Assembly (NCBI GenBank): GCA_964428495.1
Contig: CAYRXY010000003.1
Coordinates: forward strand, 9,588 to 73,587
Source: an uncultured archaeon
GTDB lineage: Archaea; Aenigmatarchaeota; Aenigmatarchaeia; GW2011-AR5; JAHLMP01
Length of the DNA: 64,000 nucleotides
Reading direction: 5' to 3'
The notes under the pieces were generated by a model. It saw nothing but the letters and a program-made list of their open reading frames with translations, was not told the DNA's origin and ran no database searches. Positions 10,203 to 19,240 of this stretch are shown here, one piece after another (the stretch's first letter is position 1; every line of letters begins with the position of its first letter). A program made the position numbers and the translations under genes.

Positions 10203-12220
10203 GATTAAAAAGACTTGAGTTAAAAAATTTCAGATCATATAAGGATGCGGTATTAGAATTCCCACTAGGTAAAATTCTTTTTGAAGGAGATATAGGTTCT
10301 GGTAAATCTTCAATTCTTTATGCAATAGAATTCGCACTATTCGGTCTCGGAGATCTAAAGGGAGATAGTTTAATTCGTGTAGCTGAGAAGAAATGCTCCG
10401 TTGAGTTAACGTTTGAAATTAATGGTAAAGAATACAGGGTAGGCAGAACACTTGAAAAAAAGGGAAGAGGAATTTCTCAAACGGAAGGTTATCTGATAGA
10501 AGATGGAGTAAAAAATTATTACTCCTCAACAGAGCTCAGAGCAAAAATATTAGATCTCCTAAAGTTCAAGGAAAGTGTAAAAACCAAATCATCTTCTGTA
10601 ATATTCAGATATGCAATATTTACACCACAAGAAGAAATGAAGGAGATACTAAACTTGAAAGCTGAAGATCGACTTCAGACATTACGTCGCGCGTTTGGAA
10701 TAGAAGACTATAAAATTGCAAAAGATAACGCAAAAATACTTCTCAATGAATTGAAGAATAGAATTAAATTTATAGAAGGTGAGGTAGCTGACTTAGAAGA
10801 AGTAAAAAAAGAACATAAAGAAACGGTAGAAAAAATAGCGGAATACAAAACAGAACTAAATAAATCTGAAGAAGAGAAAAAGATCTATGAGAAAAAAATA
10901 CTTTCAATAGATGAAAAGTTAATTTCGATGGAAGAAAAAATATTAGAAGTCAATAAGCTAAAAAGTGAAATTCCGTTACTTGAAAAAGAAATGGAAGAAA
11001 AAAATGAAGAAGTTAAAATTCTGAAATCGGAAATTGAAACAATTGAGAAAAGAATTAAAGAAGTTGTGAAAGAAATTGATGAGTATAGATCTAAAATAGA
11101 AAAACCTAAAAGTAGTTTAGAAGAACTAGAAAAAAGAGAGAAAGAGTTGGAAGATGAAAAAGAAAAACAAAGAGAATTACTAACTTCTACAAGAGTTGAG
11201 TTAAGTAATATCAAAAAGTTACTTGATGAGAAGGTGTGTCCTACCTGTAAGCGTCCAGTCGAAAAGGCTGAATTCAAGGATAAAATTGAAGTCCTTCAAT
11301 CTGAATACGAAAAGATTGGGAACAAGATCTTGGAAATAAACAAGGAATTAGAAAAAATAAAGATAGAAAAGGAGAAAGTTAGGGAAATTGAACAACAAAA
11401 GAAAGAATTGGAACGACTTGAAAAAGAAATAAGCGAATTAGAAGAGAGAAGGATGAAGAATGAAACTAAAATAAGAGAGCTTGAAGAAAGATTAGAAAAA
11501 TTGGAGAAGGAAATTCCAGAGAAGAAAAAGAAGGTAGATGAATATCATTCTATTATGCAGAGAGTCGAGGAATTGAAAAAGGAGAAACAAACTCTCGAAT
11601 CTAATTTAAGGGAATGGATCTCAAAAATAAGCACGCTGGAAGGTAAGATAAAAACGCTAACAGAAATAAAAGATAGGCTGGAAGATAAAATCAATGAAAA
11701 GGAGAAGCTGAAGAAAGATAAAGCAGTATTAGAGGAGTATCTATTCTGGATTCAAGATTATTTCGTTCCTGCTTTAGACCAAATAGAGAAGCATGTTCTA
11801 CAAAATATCAACGAGGAGTTTAATGCACTATTTCAAAGATGGTTTAATATGCTTTTAGAGGGAAGTGATATAAACGTGTATGTAGATGAAACATTTACCC
11901 CTATTGTAGAGCAGAACGGTTATGAGTTAGATATAAAATCGTTATCAGGTGGGGAAAGAACATCTGTAGCTCTTGCGTATAGACTTGCACTAAACATGAT
12001 GGTCAGAAAAGTCTGTACTTCTCTAAAGTCAAATTTACTTATTCTTGACGAGCCAACAGATGGATTCTCAAAGGAGCAGCTGCAAAAAGTTAGAGATGTT
12101 CTAAATGAAATAGAGACCGATCAATTAATTTTAGTTTCTCACGAAAGGGAATTGGAAGGATTTGTAGACAAGATATTCTACGTGAGAAAAGAAGATGGAA
12201 TTTCAAGAATTGAAGAATAA
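10199..12220 (+). CDS. rad50: DNA double-strand break repair ATPase Rad50
   Basis: Walker A GDIGSGKSS, coiled coil with zinc hook CPTC, LSGGE signature, LDEPT. Confidence 0.95.
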   Translation: MRLKRLELKNFRSYKDAVLEFPLGKILFEGDIGSGKSSILYAIEFALFGLGDLKGDSLIRVAEKKCSVELTFEINGKEYRVGRTLEKKGRGISQTEGYLIEDGVKNYYSSTELRAKILDLLKFKESVKTKSSSVIFRYAIFTPQEEMKEILNLKAEDRLQTLRRAFGIEDYKIAKDNAKILLNELKNRIKFIEGEVADLEEVKKEHKETVEKIAEYKTELNKSEEEKKIYEKKILSIDEKLISMEEKILEVNKLKSEIPLLEKEMEEKNEEVKILKSEIETIEKRIKEVVKEIDEYRSKIEKPKSSLEELEKREKELEDEKEKQRELLTSTRVELSNIKKLLDEKVCPTCKRPVEKAEFKDKIEVLQSEYEKIGNKILEINKELEKIKIEKEKVREIEQQKKELERLEKEISELEERRMKNETKIRELEERLEKLEKEIPEKKKKVDEYHSIMQRVEELKKEKQTLESNLREWISKISTLEGKIKTLTEIKDRLEDKINEKEKLKKDKAVLEEYLFWIQDYFVPALDQIEKHVLQNINEEFNALFQRWFNMLLEGSDINVYVDETFTPIVEQNGYELDIKSLSGGERTSVALAYRLALNMMVRKVCTSLKSNLLILDEPTDGFSKEQLQKVRDVLNEIETDQLILVSHERELEGFVDKIFYVRKEDGISRIEE

Positions 12221-12253
12221 GTTTTAAGTTTCGAATACATCTTTATTATAGAT

Positions 12254-12392
12254 GGGCCGGTAGTCTAGTGGAAGGACGCCGCCTTCGCAAGGCGGAGATC
12301 CTGGGTTCAAAGGTACATTAGTGGGTTTGACATACAGAATATGTTAATTATCATTTTACTCCACTAATGATCTGAAAGTCCCAGCCGGTCCA
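12254..12392 (+). tRNA. tRNA-Ala(CGC) with a ~67-nt intron in the T-loop (~12312-12378)
   Basis: GGGCCGG/CCGGTCC-A acceptor (G3:U70), anticodon arm CCGCC-TT-CGC-AA-GGCGG. The T-loop is interrupted by hairpin CATTAGTGG...CCACTAATG with a TTCA/TGAA central helix. Confidence 0.9.
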
Positions 12393-12408
12393 TCAAAAAT
12401 AAGAAGTA

Positions 12409-12483
12409 TGGGCAGGGCCGGATTTGAACCGGCGACCTCCACGTTATCAGCGTGGCGCTCTAACCAGGCTAAGCTACCCGCCC
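12409..12483 (-). tRNA. tRNA-Ile(GAT)
   Basis: Complete cloverleaf; anticodon arm CCACG-CT-GAT-AA-CGTGG. Confidence 0.95.
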
Positions 12484-12527
12484 ATTAACAAGAATTCTAT
12501 AGAATAAAAAATATTAAAGTTTTGGGT

Positions 12528-13232
12528 TTAAGAGCTAAATTTTTGAGAGAATGTTGATTCTGACTTTTCTTTCATTTTATTTACAAGTTCCGAAAGTGTT
12601 CGAATATTCTGAATCAGTGATGGTAGAAACTGCTTAAATGCCTTTTCCAATCCAGAAACACGAGCGTCAATATTCTCAATCTTTCTATCAAATAACATGA
12701 GCTTTCGCTCTATCTCTGGATTCTTCTTTTCTTCACTTATCCTATATATTGCCTTTCTCATTTCGTCTAATTCTTTAATCATCTTTTCATAATCGTATTT
12801 TATGTTTCGAAGTTCTTTCTCAAATATTTCCCATTTTTCATTAACAACTCCTTCCACTAATTCCTCTATAGAAAGTTCTGCATCTCCTTCGTCGAAAAGT
12901 CCAACCGCAGAGGAAGGCTCCACGATAGTCTCTGGTGGTATATCAGATTCTGTCTCTTCGGGTTTCTCTTCATATATTTCTCCAACACTTGGTTCAGCTG
13001 TCTTTGCCTCAGGCGCATCCGGCTTCGCCTGCATTAATGTTTCAGTAGCAGGTGAGACTTCACCCTTAAGAGATTCTATCATTGCCTTTTCAATTTCATC
13101 ATAGGAGTAACCCATCTCTTTTAACTTCTTTATTATGTCTTTATCACTAATTCCAGAAGATCTCATAGAAACAATTTCATCAACTGGTAGTTTTCTTGAC
13201 TTAGATTTAGATTTGAATGTAAATAATGGCAT
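12528..13232 (-). CDS. Hypothetical protein (N-terminal helical domain, acidic Pro linker, C-terminal coiled coil)
   Basis: 234-aa ORF with normal codon usage; function not recognised. Confidence 0.75.
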   Translation of the reverse strand: MPLFTFKSKSKSRKLPVDEIVSMRSSGISDKDIIKKLKEMGYSYDEIEKAMIESLKGEVSPATETLMQAKPDAPEAKTAEPSVGEIYEEKPEETESDIPPETIVEPSSAVGLFDEGDAELSIEELVEGVVNEKWEIFEKELRNIKYDYEKMIKELDEMRKAIYRISEEKKNPEIERKLMLFDRKIENIDARVSGLEKAFKQFLPSLIQNIRTLSELVNKMKEKSESTFSQKFSS

Positions 13233-13332
13233 TTAAATCACAATATTTATTTCTCTTGGCTACTTTTAAAATTTAAAAGATATAAATTCTTAAAAAGGTT
13301 TCACTCAATATTTATACAATCAGGTGTTATTC

Positions 13333-13827
13333 ATGAAAACTGTTGAAGCTCTTGTAGAAGGGGGGAAGGCAACCGCAGGACCACCTTTAGGTCCAGCTCT
13401 CGGACCATTAGGCGTACCAATACCCAAGGTCATCGAGGAAATCAACAAGAAGACGAAGGCATTTGAAGGAATGAAGGTTCCTGTTAAGGTTATCATTGAT
13501 GAAAAAACTAAAGAGTTTAAGGTCGAGGTTGGGACACCACCAGTAAGTGCAATGATTAAAAAGGAGCTGGGTGTCGAAAAGCTTGCAGGTTTAGGTAAAG
13601 ATGAATCTGGCCGACCAGCACCGACTGTTGGTAACCTAACTATTGATCAAGTAATCAAGATCGCTGAGGCAAAAGGTGATTCACTTGCAGGCGATTTGAA
13701 AGCAAAAATAAAACAAGTTGTTGGTACATGCCTATCTGTTGGTGTGACTGTCGAAGGAAAAGATCCACGAGAAGTTCAAAAGGAAATTGATGAAGGGAAA
13801 TATGATGATAAGTTGAAGGGAGAATAA
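13333..13827 (+). CDS. rpl11: 50S ribosomal protein uL11
   Basis: [20 protein letters not shown] motif; AGGTG RBS-like element upstream. Confidence 0.97.
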   Translation: MKTVEALVEGGKATAGPPLGPALGPLGVPIPKVIEEINKKTKAFEGMKVPVKVIIDEKTKEFKVEVGTPPVSAMIKKELGVEKLAGLGKDESGRPAPTVGNLTIDQVIKIAEAKGDSLAGDLKAKIKQVVGTCLSVGVTVEGKDPREVQKEIDEGKYDDKLKGE

Positions 13828-13828
13828 A

Positions 13829-14746
13829 ATGATCTACGTCATCGGTCACAAAAATCCCGATACTGATTCGATATGCTCGGCAATAGCTTATGCGAGACTG
13901 AAGAACAAACTTGGAGAAGGTGAGTTTGCCCCTGCAAGGTGCGGCGCCATAAACCCAGAGACAAAATTCGTCTTGGAAAAGTTTGGCGTTGAAGCACCAG
14001 AAGTTTTAGAAAATGCTTCTGGTAGAGAGTTAATCCTTGTTGATCATAACGAATTTTCTCAAGCAGTTGATGGGATTGAGAACGCTAAAATAGTTGAGGT
14101 TGTCGATCACCACAAAGTCAACTTCAACTACAGCGAGCCAATTTACTTTCTTGTTAAACCGCTTGGTTCAACTGCAACAATAATAGCGGAGAAGTACTTT
14201 GAAGCAGGCATTGAACCAGAGAAAGAGATAGCTGGTATACTTTTAGGTGCAATCCTCTCTGATACGGTCGTGTTTAAATCACCAACAACAACAGAAAAGG
14301 ATAAGGAAATAGCGAAAAAACTTGCTGAAATTGCTGGCATCGATGATATTGAAAAGTTCGGTATCGAAGTCAAGAAGGCAAAATCGAATCTTGAAGGAAT
14401 GAGCGAAGAAGAGATTATCAAAGGGGATTTCAAGGAGTTTACTTTCGGTGATAAGAAGGTTGGCATCGGTCAAGTTGAGATTGTGGATTATGATCAGGTC
14501 AAAGGGAGAGAAGATGAAATCATTAGTGAGATGGAGAAAATGACAGGAGAAGGTTATGATTTGGTCATGTTAATGGTTACTAACATCATGGATGAAAGTT
14601 CACTATTATTAGTAGCTGGTAATATTGTTAAGGTTGAAGAAGCATTTGGTAAGAAGGTGGAGAATGATCGTGTATTGTTACCAGGTGTAATGTCAAGAAA
14701 GAAGCAGGTTGTACCAAAAATAGAGGAAGCATATAAAACTCGATAA
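13829..14746 (+). CDS. ppaC: Manganese-dependent inorganic pyrophosphatase (family II)
   Basis: GHKNPDTDSICS, LVDHNE, VDHH, GVMSRKKQVVP. Confidence 0.95.
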   Translation: MIYVIGHKNPDTDSICSAIAYARLKNKLGEGEFAPARCGAINPETKFVLEKFGVEAPEVLENASGRELILVDHNEFSQAVDGIENAKIVEVVDHHKVNFNYSEPIYFLVKPLGSTATIIAEKYFEAGIEPEKEIAGILLGAILSDTVVFKSPTTTEKDKEIAKKLAEIAGIDDIEKFGIEVKKAKSNLEGMSEEEIIKGDFKEFTFGDKKVGIGQVEIVDYDQVKGREDEIISEMEKMTGEGYDLVMLMVTNIMDESSLLLVAGNIVKVEEAFGKKVENDRVLLPGVMSRKKQVVPKIEEAYKTR

Positions 14747-14821
14747 TCAATAGGAAGAAATATTAGCTGAGATGGAAAATTGGCTTATGCTTGGTTGGTC
14801 CACTAATGGTTTGGTGATTCC

Positions 14822-15124
14822 ATGGAAATGAAGAAAATTCAAGAATTCATACAAAAAAATAAAATTACGCCACGAGACTCATTATATCATACATGGCGTG
14901 AGGTGAAGAACAAGGAAGGAAAATATACTGGAAAGATTCGAATTATTGTTCTCAAAAAAGATAAGATTGCTCGCTGCGAGTACACATGCCCTGAATGCAG
15001 TTATTATGGCTATGTCGAGAAGCCATGGAAAAGACCATTTTCCGTTAAATGTGAACACTGTGGATTTTTGATCCGTGTACCAAGGCTGAGAGATGAGGTA
15101 AAGAAAGATAGGAAAGCTAAATAA
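14822..15124 (+). CDS. Zinc-ribbon hypothetical protein
   Basis: CPEC...CEHC pairs. Confidence 0.75.
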   Translation: MEMKKIQEFIQKNKITPRDSLYHTWREVKNKEGKYTGKIRIIVLKKDKIARCEYTCPECSYYGYVEKPWKRPFSVKCEHCGFLIRVPRLRDEVKKDRKAK

Positions 15125-15126
15125 AT

Positions 15127-15936
15127 TTATAGTTCACTCCTAAACTTCTCCAACGCCTTCTCTTCGAGCTCAACTTCCTCTTTAGAAATTTCTTTTATTT
15201 CCTTACTATCAATGATCGTGAAATATCTTATCGGCTTGCCAAGTTGCTTTGCAAGTTTTATCTCTGCTAATACGCCATCACTGACCGGACCAAAGACCCA
15301 GAACTCATCAGAGACTCTTAACAAATTATTGTTCGCATTTCTAATTCTATCTCTATCGACCGTATCAAGAAGAAAATAATCAAAAATTCCATATTGAGAT
15401 ATTGGAGTGTATCCCTGTTCCAATACAAACTTTACTGCATGCCTTCTAAAGTAGAAGTAATGTTTAGATAAGCCGATGAAGACAATTTTAGTTTCTTTAT
15501 TTTGATTCAATGCTGGATGAAAAAACGAAGATTTATATACTTCTATAATCTTTTTACTAGGTGTATATAGATCTTCAGGCAATTCATCTATTTTAAACCA
15601 TCTCCACTCAATAATTTCATCAGACTCCATTATCTTTGCTTCTCCTTCAAAATCGTCGCAAACATAACCAAAGGTTATGAAATGGGCGTCTGGTAAAATT
15701 TCTTCTGTAATGCTTATCCTCCTTAACCTTTCTTTATTAATTCTTATTCCTGTCTCCTCTAAAACTTCTCGAAAGCAAGCATCGATCAAACGTTCACCAA
15801 ATCTTACTTTCCCACCAGGCAAAGTCCATGTATTTTCTCCATGTAGTGCGGTTTTTGAAGGGTCCGGACTTCTTTTCCCTAGTAGTATTTTTCCGTTTTT
15901 TACGAGAAGAATTCCAACCCCTACACCGAATTTCAT
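15127..15936 (-). CDS. NUDIX hydrolase fused to a nucleoside 2-deoxyribosyltransferase-like domain
   Basis: Nudix box GGKVRFGERLIDACFREVLEETGI; C-terminal alpha/beta domain with SDEFWVFGPVSDGVLAEIKLAKQLGKPIRYF. Confidence 0.75.
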   Translation of the reverse strand: MKFGVGVGILLVKNGKILLGKRSPDPSKTALHGENTWTLPGGKVRFGERLIDACFREVLEETGIRINKERLRRISITEEILPDAHFITFGYVCDDFEGEAKIMESDEIIEWRWFKIDELPEDLYTPSKKIIEVYKSSFFHPALNQNKETKIVFIGLSKHYFYFRRHAVKFVLEQGYTPISQYGIFDYFLLDTVDRDRIRNANNNLLRVSDEFWVFGPVSDGVLAEIKLAKQLGKPIRYFTIIDSKEIKEISKEEVELEEKALEKFRSEL

Positions 15937-15978
15937 AAAAGCACCTTATTTAAAGGTTCTCTTTATAAATTTAAATTC

Positions 15979-17229
15979 ATGCATAAAACATTAACTATTA
16001 TTGCAATTCTCTTGATAGTAGCAGTAGGTGGAGCGATATTATTCTTTTTCCCATACAATCCATTACAACCACCAAAAGCAGATGATACAGGTTCAACATC
16101 GGAGGGCGTCCAACAGGTAGTGAACGCAAACAATAAATTTGCCTTTGAGTTATACAAGCAACTTTCGGACGAAGAAGGCAATCTATTCTTCTCACCATAC
16201 AGCATTTCCTCAGCGTTAGCAATCACATATGAAGGAGCAAGGGAAAAAACAGCGGAAGAAATAAAAAATGTATTTCACTTTCCTGATTATACTACTCTAC
16301 GACCAAACTTTGCAGCAATATACAATGAGATAAACAAAGGTTATAGAGACTACACCATTAGAACCGGAAATGCTCTCTGGGTTCAAAAAGACTTTCCTTT
16401 GCTTGAGAACTATACAACAACAGTTGAAAGGTATTATGGAGCTAAAGCAGCAAATTTAGATTTTGTAAATGAACCAGAGAAATCTAGGCAAACGATAAAC
16501 AGCTTTATCGAGAAGCAGACAAATGGAAAGATCGAAGACTTGATTCCTAAAGATTTTATAACTTCGTCAACAGGAATTGTCATCACAAATGCAATCTATT
16601 TTAAAGGTACATGGAAAGTTGAGTTTGATCCTAAAGAAACAAAAGAAATGGACTTTCACATGGATTCAAACAAGGCAATAAAGGTTCAAATGATGCACAT
16701 GAAACCAAATGAAAAGACGTTCAATTACACAGAAACAGAAGATGTACAGATTCTTGAGCTTCCTTACAAAGGCGATGATATTTCAATGTTGATCATATTA
16801 CCAAAATTTGGTAAACTATCTGAGATCGAGAAAAAGTTAACTATAGAAAAGCTGAAAGAATGGAAAAGTAAAATGAGAGAAACAGAGCTAAGTGAAATTT
16901 ACCTTCCAAAGTTTGAGATTGAGACAAAATACTTTCTAGAAGACACACTCCCTGATATGGGAATGCCAACTGCTTTCAGCCCTGATGCAGACTTTTCAGG
17001 AATGACTGGAAGAAGAGATCTTTTTATAAGTCATGTGATTCATCAGGCTTATGTAAAAGTCTATGAGAAGGGAACGGAGGCAGCAGCCGCTACAGCGGTA
17101 ATATTCGAAAAAAGTATGCCAGCGCCAGAAATAATTTTTAAGGCAGATCATCCATTCATCTTCATAATTCAGCAGAAAAGTACAGGGAACATCTTGTTCA
17201 TTGGAAGGGTTGTTGAACCAAAGATCTGA
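15979..17229 (+). CDS. Serpin (serine protease inhibitor) with an N-terminal signal/anchor
   Basis: NLFFSPYSIS, NAIYFKGTW, hinge EKGTEAAAATAV, FKADHPFIFII. Confidence 0.95.
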   Translation: MHKTLTIIAILLIVAVGGAILFFFPYNPLQPPKADDTGSTSEGVQQVVNANNKFAFELYKQLSDEEGNLFFSPYSISSALAITYEGAREKTAEEIKNVFHFPDYTTLRPNFAAIYNEINKGYRDYTIRTGNALWVQKDFPLLENYTTTVERYYGAKAANLDFVNEPEKSRQTINSFIEKQTNGKIEDLIPKDFITSSTGIVITNAIYFKGTWKVEFDPKETKEMDFHMDSNKAIKVQMMHMKPNEKTFNYTETEDVQILELPYKGDDISMLIILPKFGKLSEIEKKLTIEKLKEWKSKMRETELSEIYLPKFEIETKYFLEDTLPDMGMPTAFSPDADFSGMTGRRDLFISHVIHQAYVKVYEKGTEAAAATAVIFEKSMPAPEIIFKADHPFIFIIQQKSTGNILFIGRVVEPKI

Positions 17230-17245
17230 TTTTCTTTTTGTTTTT
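17229..17245 (+). terminator. Oligo-T archaeal terminator candidate
   Basis: TTTTCTTTTTGTTTTT immediately after the serpin stop. Confidence 0.45.
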
Positions 17246-17366
17246 CGTTATAGAATTAAGTTAGAAGTTTATCATTGTCAATTTCATACACAAACCTTTA
17301 AAAACCCATTTAAATACTTCCTTTTTATATATTAAAATGTAACTTTTTGAAAAGAGGTAAGATAAA

Positions 17367-17915
17367 ATGGTAAAAATACCAAAAATGCATATAGAAAACG
17401 TTGTTGCTTCTACAGGCATCAATAAAACAATACCATTGGAAAAACTTCTCGGTGTTTTAGAGTCGAGTGAGTACGAACCTGAACAGTTTCCTGGGCTAGT
17501 ATTCCGCCTCGACGAGCCAAAGGTAGCATCACTAATTTTTAGATCAGGGAAAATAATTTGCGTCGGTGCAAGATCGATATCAGAGGCGAAGAGAGCGTTG
17601 AGGGAAATAGTAAGAAGAATAAAGAAAGTTGGTATTAGAGTAGACGAGAATAAAATAAGGGTAAAAATTGAGAACATAGTAGTTGCAATAGATCTAGAAA
17701 AAGAATTGAACCTTGACTCCCTAGCGTTCAATTTAGAGTCGAGTGAGTACGAACCTGAACAGTTTCCTGGATTGGTCTACAGGCTTACCAGTCCAAAAGT
17801 AGCATTTTTATTGTTCTCATCAGGAAGGATAATATGCGCAGGTGCAAAGACACTTGATGAAGTAAAGAAGGCTGTCACTATTCTTCAAAAAAATCTAAGA
17901 AAGGTTGGATCTTAA
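17367..17915 (+). CDS. tbp: TATA-box binding protein
   Basis: Two repeats of IEN[VI]VA...EYEPEQFPGLV.RL..PKVA.L.F.SG.IIC.GA. Confidence 0.97.
   Translation: MVKIPKMHIENVVASTGINKTIPLEKLLGVLESSEYEPEQFPGLVFRLDEPKVASLIFRSGKIICVGARSISEAKRALREIVRRIKKVGIRVDENKIRVKIENIVVAIDLEKELNLDSLAFNLESSEYEPEQFPGLVYRLTSPKVAFLLFSSGRIICAGAKTLDEVKKAVTILQKNLRKVGS
17456..17770 (+). repeat. Perfect 39-bp direct repeat (17456-17494 and 17732-17770) inside tbp
   Basis: TTTAGAGTCGAGTGAGTACGAACCTGAACAGTTTCCTGG occurs twice, identically. Confidence 0.95.
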
Positions 17916-18021
17916 TTTTTTCTTTTTCTTATCTATCATTTTATGATTTTTATTTCGACAATTAACGAAAGGTAATTTTTATATAGAAAGTCTTACGATA
18001 ATTCATTTAGGTGAACAAAAA

Positions 18022-18300
18022 ATGTTTGGAACAGGAATAGATGTTGCAATCGGTGTATTGATAGCACTAGTATTCATACACTACATAGCACTAGACAAGA
18101 AGATCAAGAAGGCATTTACATGGATGACAGCAGGAGCAATCTCCTTTGTATTGGCCGGTGTATTTGAGAAGACACCATTCGTAGCAGAGTATGTAACACA
18201 GAACGGAATCAACTACGGTCTAGGATTATTCGCAGTAATTGGTTGGATCTTGGTTTTGGTAGGATCTCTTTGGACAATGTACCAGCTAATTGCTGAGTAA
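18022..18300 (+). CDS. Small three-TM membrane protein
   Basis: 92-aa hydrophobic ORF, AGGTGA RBS upstream, T-rich tract downstream. Confidence 0.8.
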   Translation: MFGTGIDVAIGVLIALVFIHYIALDKKIKKAFTWMTAGAISFVLAGVFEKTPFVAEYVTQNGINYGLGLFAVIGWILVLVGSLWTMYQLIAE

Positions 18301-18368
18301 TTTTTTTGATTTTTCCTTTTCTCATTTTTTATTTTTCTTTAAAAAGTTTTCAAGCTAAGAACTTTGTT

Positions 18369-18806
18369 ATGAATACCAAAGAAGATTTCGAAGAAGCCCA
18401 AGAAAAGATAGAAAATGGTTGGATACATGTTTGGTTCATATTTGAAGTAATGGCTGTTACGAAGGAAGCAGCCGAAGAAGCTATAAAGAAACATATTGAA
18501 AGACTAGATCATGTGAAGAACGTGAAGATATATGAAGTAACGTATCATGATGCAGTTAAGGTTGATAATCCACCAGCCAACGTCAAGGAGGCATGGTCTC
18601 AGGTCTCTGAGGTCAAACTCGTTGTAAAGAGTCTGTTCGACCTTGTGAATATCACGATTCTCTATGCCCCATCTGCAATAGAGATAATCGAGCCTAAAGA
18701 ATATAAGATAAAGATAGATGAGGTTCAGAACATGGTTAATATTATCGCTGGTCTTGTTCATAGATTTGCAGCGGCAGGAGTAGGGGGAGTTGTGATTAGG
18801 TCATAA
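18369..18806 (+). CDS. Hypothetical protein
   Basis: ATG at 18369 (MNTKEDF...); contains YAPSAIEIIEP; function not recognised. Confidence 0.75.
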   Translation: MNTKEDFEEAQEKIENGWIHVWFIFEVMAVTKEAAEEAIKKHIERLDHVKNVKIYEVTYHDAVKVDNPPANVKEAWSQVSEVKLVVKSLFDLVNITILYAPSAIEIIEPKEYKIKIDEVQNMVNIIAGLVHRFAAAGVGGVVIRS

Positions 18807-18858
18807 ATTTCTACCAATTTTAAATACAAGTGTAACACTAAATAAATTGTTGGTAGAA

Positions 18859-19239
18859 ATGATAGACAGTAAAAAACTCGAGCTTATACTTCAAGAATTG
18901 ATAAGAAGGGCTAATCGTGGTGATAGAAGACTTAGAGAATTAGAGCAAAGAACTCAAGCACTAGAATCTAGAGTAAGTTCTCTGGAGGATTCTTTATTCA
19001 AACAGACAAAGGAATTAAAAAAGAGAATAATAGATCTAAGCATCGATATAAAATCTATTTCTGAGCAAGTAAACAAGATAGAAGAAAATATAGCAAGACT
19101 CAATGATCAAGCAAAGAATTTTGCTAGAAGAAAGGAATTGAAGGAATTGGAAAATATGTTTGAACTTCTAAATCCAATTCAACAAGAATTCGTCACAAAG
19201 GAAGAAGTTAGAAAGATGATAAGAGAATGCATGGAATAG
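18859..19239 (+). CDS. Hypothetical coiled-coil protein
   Basis: Heptad pattern; C-terminal LLNPIQQEFVTKEEV. Confidence 0.75.
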   Translation: MIDSKKLELILQELIRRANRGDRRLRELEQRTQALESRVSSLEDSLFKQTKELKKRIIDLSIDIKSISEQVNKIEENIARLNDQAKNFARRKELKELENMFELLNPIQQEFVTKEEVRKMIRECME

Positions 19240-19240
19240 T

